Source: Malacoraja senta (lineage: Eukaryota). Taken from it: a stretch of DNA of 64,000 nucleotides. This document shows, one piece after another, positions 35,153-47,409 of this stretch. The notes beneath the pieces are model-generated. The model ran no database searches. It was not told where the DNA came from and was given only the letters and a program-made list of their open reading frames with translations. The translations under genes were made by a program, and so were the position numbers. Each line of letters begins with the position of its first letter. Positions within the stretch are counted from its first letter, which is position 1. The stretch covers positions 1,676,001-1,740,000 of the forward strand of contig CM075990.1 in assembly GCA_038087875.1 (NCBI GenBank), written 5' to 3'.

Positions 35153-37659
35153 GTTTGTGTAGCCTGTGAAATATAATATATTATCCTGTCAGTAGGTTGG
35201 GATCTGCTGCACTGACCTGCAGTTTACAGAGGAAGATGGGAGAGGCAACGGAGTATGGAGAGCATTAACATCTACAGGGAAGCATGGCCACAGGTGGAAG
35301 GGGATACGAATCATCTAATAAATCAGCTTTATTGTGAAAATAACATGCAATAAGACAATGATTGAGGAGAGGCTTCCTGCGAAGCTGGAGGATACCACAG
35401 CTGTGCAGTGGTGATGTGCAGGTTGGAGAAGTTAGAAGAGCGATAGTGAGGTAGTTTGCTTTGTCTACTCAAGGGTATAGCAAGAAATGACAGATGCTGG
35501 TATACACCAAAGATAGACACAAAATGCTGTAATACTTCAGCAGGACAGGCAGCATCTCTGGAGAGAAGGAATGGGTGACATTTCGGGTTGAGTCTGAAGA
35601 ATGGTTGCATCCCAAAACGTAGCCCATTCCTTCTCCCCTCTCCCACCCGAGACCCACCCACAAAGTTCAGCGGGAAAAAGGCAGAGCCCGGTCCCTGTCC
35701 CCGACATGCAGCCCAAGGCATCTACACTTCAACCTGCCCCAGACTTACAGAAACTGACGACAGACTCTTCCCTCGCAAGCCCGCTGAGTCTTCTCATGGG
35801 GGCAGTGATGCGGCCTCCCTGGAGATAGGGGAAGGAGGAGGCACCAACATTTGGAACCATCTCTGCGAAAGCAGAGCAGTCACGGTTGTCTGTCTGACAG
35901 TAGTGTTCAGAGCCACTTGTAGTAACTGACTAGACTAAGTGGCACCCGTTGGGTCCCTGTCACACTGGACGCCTGATCTCCCAACGCAATATACCACCAC
36001 TCACCCGTTCCCCCAACGCAAACCGTTCCCCCACGCAATATTCCACCATTCACCCATAGCTCCCAACTGCGCAGGCAAGGCTCATTTCCCCTCATCCCCC
36101 AGCACTCCCCCTCCTCTTCATCCTCTCTTCTTTCCCCTCTCCTCCCTTCCCCAATCCCTCCCTCCCTCTCCTTTCCCCTAACCTCAGTCACTATAACTCC
36201 TCTCCCCTCCCTACCCCCTCCTATCCCTCTATTCCCCACTCCTCAACTCCCCCTATTCCCCCACTATCTCTCCTCACCTCCCCCACTGCCCTCATCTCCC
36301 TCTATTCCCCACTCCCTACCTCCCCCACTCCTCTCCCTCTATTCCCCCTCCTCCCCCACCCCAACCTATTCTATCAGTGAAAATTTTAATCCCAGGCAAT
36401 ATCGTAGTGAAAGTCCAATGAAATAAAACTACAGGAGCTGGAAATCTAAACTGTAGAAACTGTTGGAAATTCTCAGCATGTCAGGCCATGTCTGTGCGAA
36501 CATGCAGATAATTATTGTTGTAAGTCAAAGTGCCTTCCTCAGAACTGGTGAATATCCTCTGCATTCTGTCCAGTGAAACCACATCCTTCTCGTTGTGTGT
36601 TGACTGGAACTGGATACACTATTCTACATGTTATAATTCTACATATTCTACTTTATCACCATGTAAGAAAATAGTTCCCAGACCTCCCTGCACTTGTATT
36701 TTATACCCCAGCTGATGAAGGCAAGCATCTGGTAACCGTTTTTAACCACACTGCCCACCTGTGCAGTCAATTTCAGGGATCTCTGGATTTGTACACCAAG
36801 GTTCCTTTGTTCCTCAATGCTCTCTTGAGCCGTATCATTATCGCGTATGTTCGACCCTCAATTGACAACTCCCAAAATGCATCACCTCGCACATATCTGG
36901 ATTAAATTTAACCTGCTATGGCTCTGTGCAACAGCCAGACCAGGTGGACTACTTGGTCTAGTAATTAAATGTTGACATATAAATGTGAATGGCTAACATC
37001 AGCAATACGGAGAATGAACCTACCACGTTATTCCAAAGTGCAACGTAGCTCAATCATATTTTGGAATGGTAATCCTGTGGCTTGTCAGTAAATCTGCTCT
37101 GAAAATGGGGAGGATTTGGCATTTGTTCGCAGGATGTTTGTATCTCTAGGAGAAGAGTGAGAGTTTCTGATAGTGTTTAAGCAGCATGCTGGCCGCTAGG
37201 GGGACTGAAACTTTATTCCAAGTTATTTAATTAATTGATTCATTACGTGAGTTTAAATTTCCATTGCTGGAACCAGCAATCAGCATAAAAACATAGAAAG
37301 TAGGTGCAGGAGCCAGCACCGCCATTCAATATGCTGTAGACATGACATGAGGACATGATCCAGAGAGCGGGATTAGATTTACAGCACACTAGTTGTAATG
37401 GAAAAACAGATGCTCCTTTGATTAGACCTCTCTATGAATCAGTGGAATAGGATAGACTGTGCTGTGTGGGAGGGTGTCAGATTGTACTTGGAGACATGGC
37501 TGATAGCAGCTCTGTCACCGGGTACCAGAGGCAATTATGCCTCGTGTCACGCTGATATGTGTTTAGTTTTCTTCACTTTCTTTCACAGATCTGAGCACAA
37601 CAGTCATTGAGAATTTGTTGCATTGAAGTGATTTTGGATTCAACAGAGATAGGGCAGAA

Positions 37660-38110
37660 TGTGACCCGGGGGATGGGGCAGCGAGTGTGACGGGGGAAGG
37701 ATGGGTCAATGAGTGTGACGGGGAGAATGGGGCAGTGACAATGACAGGGAGATTGGGGCAGTGACAATGACAGGGAGATTGGGGCAGTGAGTGTGATGGG
37801 GATGATGGGGCAGTTAGTGTGACGGGGGAAGGATGGGGCAGTTAGTGTGACGGGGATAATGGGGCAGTGAGTGTGATGGGGGGAGGATGGGTCAGTGAGT
37901 GTGACGGGGAGAATGGGGCAGTGACAGGGGGAGGATGCGGTTGTGTGCCCTGAGGAGGATGGGACAGTGTGTGTGACAGGGAGAATGGGGCAGTGACAGG
38001 GGGAGGATGCGGTTGTGTGCCCTGAGGAGGATGAGACAGTGTGTGTGACTTGGGAGTTTGGGCCCCCAGAGGATGGGACAGTGAGTGACCCGGGCAGGAT
38101 GAGACAGTGT
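37660..38110. repeat. Degenerate G-rich minisatellite (ggatggggcagtgagtgtgacggg...)
   Basis: Imperfect tandem units of about 30 bp plus a duplicated block of about 70 bp. Confidence 0.85.
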
Positions 38111-38341
38111 GCAATTGTTATTAGTATTACTCTGCTTTTTCTGCTGTGTCTCATGTGACTGGTAGTGATATCCAGTCCCCTCCCCTCACATTAAGGTAAT
38201 TATTCTGCCAGTAACCCAGCCGTACTGTCCTGCTGTAGAAGTTGCTCCGCAGACCCATGGCTCACACAGCTTCATCCATTCTGCCAGCCTTTTGTTCAGT
38301 TCGAAATTCTCCTGTAATCTGCAATGCAAATCATTTTTCAG

Positions 38342-38599
38342 GTGGGGAATTAATTCTGACGCAGGAAGTTTACAAGCGAAATTTGCCAGTCGGCTCAGCA
38401 AGGGAAGATGATCAGGACACTGGTATCACAACATCAAAACAAGCTCGGATTGAAGGCAGCGACCCCATGGAATATGATCCAGCCGCGGGTACAAGGGAAC
38501 AAAGTCTGACCAGAGACACTGGAACTGGCCTAAGTGCTGTGATTCCTCACGTCAGAGGTACATTAAGCCAGGAACCATCAACTCTTGACCAAGGAACAG
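38342..38599 (+). CDS. NLR-like gene, candidate exon (86 codons, Thr/Gly/acidic linker, phase 1-1)
   Basis: tcatttttcag| acceptor, open frame GGELILTQEVYKR...STLDQGT, ACAG|gtgagt donor; phases fit both neighbours. Confidence 0.6.
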
Positions 38600-38759
38600 G
38601 TGAGTGAAAGGGAAGGGCCTTGGAGGCAGGAGAATGTCCTCCTCGGTTTATACCATTCAGAAAAATATGTCGGTTGGGAACTTTGGGACATGTAATGGAT
38701 ATGTCTTGAGACCAATACGTTTTTACAATCAAGATACAGGACATCCTAGGGCGTATAAC

Positions 38760-41700
38760 TAGATACATCTCCTGGGCCTACTCAGATATATCTGAGGATG
38801 CTGTGGGAAGCTAGAGAAGAAATTGTAGGAGCCCTGGCTGATATACATACATCATCATTAGACACGGATGAGGTGCCGAATTACTTGAGGGTGGCTCATG
38901 TTGTGCCTCTCTTTAAGACAGGCTGCAAGGAAAATCTGGGAACTATAAACCAGTTACCCAAACATCTGTGGTTGAAAAGTTACTGGAGAGAATTCTGAGG
39001 GATAACATGAAAATGCATTTGGATAGACCGAAGTTTATACAAGTAGTCAACACGATTTTGGATGTGGGAAAGAGGTAACATTTGGTTACCTTTTTTGAAG
39101 AGGTAACCAAATAGGTTGATGAAGGTGCCTGGATGTTGTCCATATGGATCAGCAATGCCTTTGATATGGAATATCCCTGGGGAGTGTTGTAGAGGGATCG
39201 AGGAAACAGGTACATAGTTTCCTGGAATTGGCTTCACAGATAGAAAGGGTGGTCAAGAAGGCTTTTGGTATATTGGCAATGTTTTCACTCAGAAGATGGT
39301 GGTATATGGAACGAGCTGCCAGAGGATGTAATTGAGGTAGAAACTATAACAGCATTTAAAAGACACTTGGACAGGTGCTTGGATGAGAAAGGTTGAGATG
39401 GATATGGACCAAATGTGGGCAAGTAGGATTAGCTTAGATGGGGCATCTTGGTCAGCATAGTTGAGTTGGGTGAATGACCAGATTCTGTGCTGTATGACTC
39501 TATTTCTCTCATGGGGAAGATCAGAGATGGAGGCATGGAGCAGGAAAAATCGAGAAGACTTGTTGGAGAATCACCAGCAGATAAGGAAAAACAGGATGTG
39601 TGGGTTCAGAGGAGTATGGTACATGCTGTGGTGGGGCAGGAGAGAGAGTCGGTGGTTTGTGTGTGTGTGTGTGTGGGAGGTGGACCGCACAACTGTAGTA
39701 CTTGCTCAGGATGTGAATTGGCAGAAATGGAGCAGGTGGTGGTGTACCCCTGTAACCACTGCTGTTGATGCAAGATCTGGTGTAAGGGAAGTTGTTAGGG
39801 TAGATGAGGTAAGTAATTGTTCATTTTACAAACAGCATACATGTATGTGATCCCGACTATGGGTGCTTGTCTGTATGGAGTATGTACATTCTCTCTGTGT
39901 GTGGGCTTTGGTTCTAAGTTTCTTGGTTTCCCGGGTTTCGTCCCACAATCCAAAGACGTACAGGATTGTAGGTTAATTAGCTTGATAAAATTGCAAATTG
40001 TCTACAGTGTATGTAGGATAGTGTTAAGATGTGGGGATCGCTGGTCGGCACCGACTCGATGGGACGGCCTGTTTCCCCGCTGTATCTCTAAAGTAAACTA
40101 AAATTTAAGCCTGAATGCAAATCGCTTTTGCCATTGAATAAGATCTTCTTTCTTTTAGCTCGGTCCTCACTTCCATTTTCCTGCCCTTTGAATCCTTACC
40201 AGTTCCACTGTCTGGCATTTACTTCCTAAAATATATTCTATATATCAACTTCAACATCTTGGTGATCATTTTCCAATGTTCTATAGATTCAGGATCAGTT
40301 CCTGTGGATTGGAGGGTGGCTAATTTTATCCTACTTTTTAAGAAAGGAGGGAGAGAGAAAACAGGGAATTATAGACCAGTTAGCCTGACCGGTGGTGGGG
40401 AAGATGCTGGAGTCAGTTATAAAAGATGAAATAGCGCACATTTAGATAGCAGTAACAGGATCGGTCTGAGTCAGCATGGATTTGTGAAAGGGAAATCATG
40501 CTTGACTAATCCTCTGGAATTTTTTGAGGATGTAATTAGGAAAAATGGACGGGAGGGCGAGTGGATGTAGTGTACCTGAACTTTCAGAAAGCCTTTGATA
40601 AGGTCCCACATAGGAGATTAGTGGGCAAAATTAGAGCACATGGTATTGGGGGTAGGGTACTGACCTGGATAGAAAATTGGGTTGGCGGACAGGAAACAAA
40701 GAGTAAGGATTAACGGGTCCCTTTCAGAACGGCAGGCAGTGACTAGTGGGGTACCGCAAGGGCTCGGTGCTGGGACCGCAGTTATATACAATATACATTA
40801 ATGATTTAGATGCAATGATTAAAAGTAGCATTAGTAATTTTCAGATGACACAAAACTGGGTGGCAGTGTGAACTGTGAGGAGGATGCTATGAGGATGCAG
40901 GGTGACTTGGACAGGTTGGGTAAGTGGGCAGATGCATGGCAGATGCAGTTTAATATGGATAAATGTGAGGTTATCCACTATGGTGGCAAGAACAGGATAG
41001 CAGATTGTTATCTGAATGGTGTCGAGTTGGGAAAAGGGGAAGTACAACGAGATCTGGGTGTCCTTGTTTATCAGTCACTGAAGGTAAGCATGCAGGTCCA
41101 GCAGGCAGTGAAAAAAGCTAATGGCATGTTGGCTCTCATAACAAGAGTAGTTGAGTATAGGAGCAAAGAGGTCCTTTGCAGTTGTTCAGGGCCTGAGTGA
41201 GACCACATCTGGAGTATTGTGTGTCATTTTGGTCTCCAGATTTGAGGAAGGACATTCTTGCTATTGAGGGAGTGCAGCCCAGGTTCACAAGGTTAATTGC
41301 TGGGATGGCGGGGACTGTCATAGGTTGAAAGAATGGAGCGACTGGGCTTGTATTCACTGGAATTTAGAAGGATGAGAGGGCATCTTATTGAAACATAAGA
41401 TTATTAAGCGATTGGACACACTAGGGGCAGGAAACATGTTCCCGATGTTGTGGGAGTCCAGAATCAGTTTAAGAATAAGGGGTATGCCATTTAGAACGGT
41501 GATGAGGAAAATCCTTTTCACCCAGAGAGTTGTGAATCTGTGGAATTCTCTGCCTCAGAAGGCAGTGGAGGCCAATTCTCTGGATGCTTTCAAGAGAGAG
41601 TTAGATAGAGCTCTTAAAGATAGCGGAATCAAGGGATATGGGTAGAAGGCAGGAACGGGGTAGTGATTGTGGATGATCAGCCATGATCACAGTGAATGGC

Positions 41701-41760
41701 GGTGGTGGCTCAAACGACCGAATGGCCTACTCCTGCACCTATTGTCTAGTGTCTATTGTC
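38760..41760 (+). mobile_element. Decayed CR1 LINE fragments (38760-39500, 40235-41760) with an intervening 5'-truncated HE1/V-SINE-like SINE (39850-40103)
   Basis: AHVVPLFK, QKAFDKVPH, QGDLDRLGKWADAW, VVNLWNSLPQ; SINE tail ggcctgttt...gctgtatctctaaagtaaactaaa. Confidence 0.85.
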
Positions 41761-42206
41761 CCAGCTGCATTCGTCCCACCTGCCGCGTTTGGCCCATATC
41801 CCTCCAAACCTGTCCTGTCCATGTACCTGTCTGTTTCTTAAATGTTGGGATAGTCCCTGCCTTACCTACCACCTCTGTCTGCCCATTCCATACACCCACT
41901 ACCCTTTGTGTGAAAAAGTTACCCCTCAGATTGCTATTAAATCTTTTCCCTTAACCTTAAACCTGAATCCTCTGGTCCTCGATTCACCTACTCTGGCAAT
42001 ATTATTAGAGCAGTGTCACTGAATATAAAGGGTGGATGGTGACTTATAAGAAGCTTGAACATTTGAATTTGCCTGTAGACCACTGAACCGCCAACACTGG
42101 TGATGGTGCCCTTACGGTGAGTCAGGATGTGTCTGGCGATTGCAATGGAGTATTCTGGCTTTTTCTTTTTGAAGTTTGATTTTGGGTGAGTCCCACTTTT
42201 GTTAGG

Positions 42207-42729
42207 TAGACAAAATTGCTGGAGAAACTCAGCGGATGAGGCAGCATCTATGGAGCGAAGGAAATAGGCAACGTTTCGGGTCGAAACCCTTCTTCAGACT
42301 GATATGAGGGTGGGAGGGCGGGAAGAAGAAAGGAAGAGGTGGAGCCAGTGGGCTGGCGGAGAGCTTAGAAGGGGAGGAGAAAGTAGGGACTACCTGAAAT
42401 TAGAGAAGTCAATGTTCATACCGCTGGGGTGCAAACTGCCCAAGCGAAATATGAGGTGCAGCTCGTCCAATTTATGGTGGTCCTCACTATGGCCATGGAG
42501 GAGGCCCAGGACAGAAAGGTCAGATTCGGAATGGGAGGGGGAGTTGAAGTGCTGAGCCACCGGGAGATCAGGTTGGTTATTGCGAACCGAGCGGAGGTGT
42601 TCGGCGAAGTGATCGCCAAGACTATGCTTGGTCTTACCGATGTAGAGCAGCTGACATCTAGAGCAGCGGATGCAATAGATGAGGTTGGAGGAGGTGCAGG
42701 TGAACCTCTGCCACACCTGGAAAGAACAG
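42207..42729 (-). mobile_element. Penelope 3' fragment (GIY-YIG plus terminal repeat with hammerhead-like core)
   Basis: ORF 42390..42734 NLIYCIRC...YIGKTK; TSD cccacttt(t)gttagg at 42192-42206 and 42730-42743. Confidence 0.9.
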
Positions 42730-43564
42730 CCCACTTTGTTAGGCTGTTTGTGGACTATACAGTAGATGGGGTGGCCTCTATTGTGTCATGCATATCCAGA
42801 GACCTTGACCTAGACATAAGATCGAGCCCCACCAGAATGTCTGACTTAATGAAATGAAGGGACAAAATAAATATCAACTGATACTCAATGGATAACAGAC
42901 AACCTTGTGGGTGATATCCGCATTCAGTGAATAAATATTAAACAAATAGATATTGCAGGGTGCTGTATTAATAAATAATCCAAATATGTAGCTCAACAAG
43001 ATGATGTGACAAATGTTATTCCTTAGATTGTTTGATCACTGAATTCTCAATGATGTGCCGAGTCCAGTAGTAGTGTTCAAAACTTTTTATCTATATCGGG
43101 TGACGAGGATGTATACAACACCTTTGTACCTTGAAAGGCATTATTGTTCACGGTACCGTCTCGGTTCTTATCGGTTGTAACTTTGCGTTCAAAAGCCGTT
43201 CTTTGTCACTGTATTCAGTGGATCTGTTCACAAGCGGTTAACGGATTTTAAATAAACGAATCCCATCAATTCTTGACTCGCCCCATTAATTGTCTGCGAG
43301 CACCTGCACCAAGAAAATGGGACAAATATTATTCCTGCTGGAATTTTGTACCAGTGAACATTGTGAATGTGGGAGAGGGATGCTGGGTGATATGTTGGAG
43401 ACACAGTGTATTTTATCCACTTCCTAATGATCTGGGCGGCAGTAGAAATATTGAACTTGAGGAGAATATATAATTGTATGTGACAGTGAGCGTGGGGCAG
43501 GTGGAGATTGCAGTGTTGGGCAGCGTTGTGTTGGAGGTGCCTAATTCTTCATTTGTGTTCACAG

Positions 43565-43704
43565 ATCCAAAGTCTACAAACTCCGAGTTCTTGACACAGT
43601 GGGACGATTATCAGAAGAGACTGCAGCAGGTCATTGAAGAAGGGGTTGAAAGACTCGGCTTGATGTTGAGCCAGGAGGCATGTTTCAGTGGACAAGAACG
43701 TGAG
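43565..43704 (+). CDS. NLR-like gene exon, first half of N-terminal helical (CARD/death-fold-like) domain
   Basis: ttcacag|, DPKSTNSEFLTQWDDYQKRLQQVIEEGVERLGLMLSQEACFSGQERE, |gtgagt; phase 1-0. Confidence 0.8.
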
Positions 43705-43979
43705 GTGAGTTGTGTTTATGAAAATGTTAATGAATTGATGGCATCAAAAGGGAAGAGAGACTAAGGCCAGTCGTGCTCACCTCACTCTAGGGACTTGACG
43801 TTGCATTGGTGATAATGACCTCTGAATGATTTGTCTCCCACAAACCTGGCATCAGGGCTAAATAATATGAGCTGGGGACTAGATCCAGAGCGATCTCTTC
43901 CTACCAGATGTACCGTGCTTTACATAATGATACGTGAGCAGTGAACTGTTAACCAATGTCAGAACTGATCATCTGATTT

Positions 43980-44281
43980 ACGGTGGCACAGCGGTAGAGT
44001 TGCTGCCTTCTAGTGCCAGAGACCCGGGTGACCATTCTGACCATGGGTGCTATCTGTATGGAGTTTGTACGTTCTCCCCGTGATTCTCTCCTGCGTGGAT
44101 TTTCTCCGAGATCTTTGGTTTCCTCCCACACTCCAAAGACGTACAGGTGTTAATTAGCTTGGTATAAATGTAAACTGTCCCTAGTGTGTAGGATAGTGCT
44201 AGTTTGCAGGGATTGATGGTCGGTGTGGACTCAGTAGGCCGAAGGGCCTGTTTCCGCACTGTATCTTTAAACTAAACTAAA
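43980..44281 (+). mobile_element. tRNA-derived HE1/V-SINE-like SINE, full length
   Basis: A box ggtggcacagcggtag, core ...ggtttcctcccacactccaaagac, CR1-like tail ending (CTAAA)n; further copies on the minus strand at about 56735-57030 and 61305-61590. Confidence 0.85.
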
Positions 44282-45626
44282 TCTGATTCCAGTCCCATCA
44301 AGGATGCTGGTTAAATTCAGTTCACTTCATTGAAACACAAGGAATTGCAGCTGTCAAATAGCGATATAGTCCCACAGAGTTCACTGCCATAATTGAGGGA
44401 AGAAAACCTGCAATTACACCAGTCTCTTCACATTGACTCCAGCACATAACCAAGTGACAGACCTTTCACTTATTTCTTTGGCCCTGAAATCAATTTCATT
44501 GTACTGAACAGCTTTAAAAGAATGTAAAGTGAAGTAAACTCGCCATATAGTTTCACAGAGCTCAGGGCACATCTACATGCAGTGCTGCCTAGAACACGGA
44601 GGTCAGGATCCACAATTGGCAGACTTGTCCCAATGACTTGTCAAATCTACTCACCCTTTCAGCTGGGCTAGATGGAAATACAGGTGAATCACCCAATCTT
44701 TGTGGGAACGCAGCCTTCATTCTGAGCAAGAAAAGACAAAAAAGTGAGTAACAGGCAGCATCTCTGGAGCGAAGGAATAGGTGACTTTTTGGGTCGAGAC
44801 CCTTCTTCAGACATGGTTGGGTGCAATTTTGAGTCGGGGTCCTTTTCCAGTGTGGAGGTGGAGAGGATGGGGCAGGATAAAGCCTGGCATAGCACGTTGA
44901 TGCAGGTGAGCGGGGGTTTTGATAGGCAGATATTTGGACAAAGGCCGCAGTTGAAAAGACAGAGCGTGTGAGACAAAATGCGAAATGTTGCGAATTGTGA
45001 AGCTAGAGTAAGGAATGTAGGTGGAAAGGGAGGGATAGGTCAGAGCCCAGGTGGCGCACAGGTACGAGGGGGTGGGGGAGTGAAGGTTAGAGGGGGTGGG
45101 GAAGGGCTGTAGGGGAAAAGACAAAGGGGATTTGTAGTTACATAAAATTAGAGAATTCAGTGTTCACACCATTGGGTTGTAAGCTACACAAGCGGAATAT
45201 TAGCTGCTGTTTTCACAAGTTGCATGTGGCCTCTCTCTGGCAATGGAGGAGACCAGGACAGAAAAGTCTGTATGGGAATGGGAAGAGGAGTTAAAATGGT
45301 TAGCAACCAGGAGATCCTGTTGGATTTGGCGGACCGAGCACGTGTTTGGCAAAGTCTAAGAGTCGCCAAGTCTATGTACAGGAGATCACATCAGGAATGC
45401 AGTAGATTTTTAAAATTTTCAAAATAGACTTTATTCGAGAAATATACAATACATGATCCTTACAAAACTCCACCCAACTTTTTCAGAAGCTATACACACA
45501 TTCAATACTGTTTACACAATTTTACCCCACACCCTTGTCGCTCATTGCCGTTAAGCATGCAGGTACGGCAGGCAGTGAAGAAAGTGAATGGCATGTTGGC
45601 CTTCGAAACAGGAGGAGTTCAATATA

Positions 45627-47242
45627 CAGTGGCTTGCAAAAGTTTTCATACCCCTTGAACTTTTCCACATTTTGTCACGTTACAACCACAAACGTAAATG
45701 TATTTTATTGGGATTTTATGTGATAGACCAACACAAAGTGGTGCATAATTGTGAAGTTGAAGGAAAATGATACATGGTTTTCAAATTTTTTTACAAATAA
45801 AAAACTGAAAAGTGTGGCGTGCAAAAGTATTCAGCCCTCTTTACTCTGATACCCCTAAATAAAATCCAGTGCAACCAATCGCCTTCAGAAGTCACCTAAT
45901 TAGTAAATAGAGTCCACTTGTGTGTAATCTAATCTCAGTATAAATACAGCTGTTCTGCGAAGGCCTCAGAGGTTTGTTAGAGAACATTAGTTAACAAACA
46001 GCATCATGAAGCCCAAGGAACACACCAGACAGGTCAGGGATAAAGTTGTGGAGAAGTTTAAAGCAGGGTTAGGTTATAAAAAAATATCCCAAGCTTTGAA
46101 CATATCACGGAGCACTGTTCAATCCATCATCCGAAAATGGAAAGAGTATGGCACAACTGCAAACCTACCAAGACATGGCCGTCCACCTAAACTGACAGGC
46201 CGGGCAAGGAGAGCATTGATCAGAGAAGCAGCCAAGAGCCCCATGGTAACTCTGGAGGAGCTGCAGAGATCCACAGCTCAGGTGGGAGAATCTGTCCACA
46301 GGACAACTATTAGTCGTGCACTCCACAAATCGGGCCTTTATGGAAGAGTGGCAAGAAGAAAGCCATTGTTGAAAAACCCCCATAAGAAGTCCCATTTGCA
46401 GTTTGCCACAAGCCATGTGGGGGACACAGCAAACATGTGGAGGAAGGTGCTCTGGTCAGATGAGACCAAAATTGAAGTTTTTGGCCTAAATGCAAAACGC
46501 TATGTGTGGCGGAAAACTAACACTGCACATCACCCTGAACACACCATCCCCACTGTGAAACATGGTGGTGGCAGCATCATGCTGTGGGATGCTTTTCTTC
46601 AGCAGGGACAGGGAATCTGGTCAGAGTTGATGGGAAGATGGATGGAGCCAAATACAGGGCAATCTTGGAAGAAAACCTGTTAGAGTCTGCAAAAGACTTG
46701 AGACTGGGGCGGAGGTTCACCTTCCAGCAGGACAACGACCCTAAACATACAGCCAGAGCTACAATGGAATGGTTTAGATCAAAGCATATTCATGTGTTAG
46801 AATGGCCCAGTCAAAGTCCAGACCTAAATCCAATTGAGAATCTCTGGCAAGACTTGAAAATTGCTGTTCACAGACGCTCTCCATCCAATCTGACTGAGCT
46901 TGAGCTATTTTGCAAAGAAGAATGGGCAAACATTTCAGTCTCTAGATGTGCAAAGCTGGTAGAGACATACCCCAAAAGACTTGCAGCTGTAATTGCAGCG
47001 AAAGGTGGTTCTACAAAGTATTGACTCAGGGGGGCTGAATACTTTTGCACGCCAAACTTTTCAGTATTTTATTTGTAAAAAAATTTGAAAACCATGTATC
47101 ATTTTCCTTCCACTTCACAATTGTGCACCACTTTGTGTTGGTCTATCACATAAAATCCCAATAAAATACATTTACGTTTGTGGATGTAACGTGACAAAAT
47201 GTGGAAAAGTTCAAGGGGTATGAAAACTTTTGCAAGACACTG
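45627..47242 (+). mobile_element. Tc1-family DNA transposon (IR/DR type, Passport-like), 1616 bp, DD34E transposase with one frameshift
   Basis: TA|CAGTG...CACTG|TA; inverted repeats of about 210 bp; ORFs 46006..46683 and 46584..47024 with [25 protein letters not shown]; inserted in a CR1 fragment. Confidence 0.97.
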
Positions 47243-47409
47243 TAGGAGCAAATAGGTCATTCTGCAGTTGTACAGAGCACTAGTGAGACCACACCTGGAG
47301 TATTGTATGCAGTTTTGGTCTCCAAATTTGAGGAAGGATATTCTTGCTATTGAGGAAGTGCAGCGTAGGTACACAAGGTTAATTCCAGAGATAGCGGGAC
47401 TGTCATATG

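Noticed and set aside
38242..38341. Upstream extension of the 38.3-kb ORF (SVRNSPVICNANHFSG) as an amyloid/RHIM-like motif
   Set aside because: The phase-compatible acceptor is at 38341, so this part is probably intronic; no (I/V)Q(I/V)G core
39500..39815. Possible extra NLR exon ending at GAG|gtaagt (about 39809)
   Set aside because: No convincing acceptor or family-like peptide; the gene model is complete without it
43980..44050. tRNA gene
   Set aside because: It is the tRNA-derived head of a SINE with no intact cloverleaf
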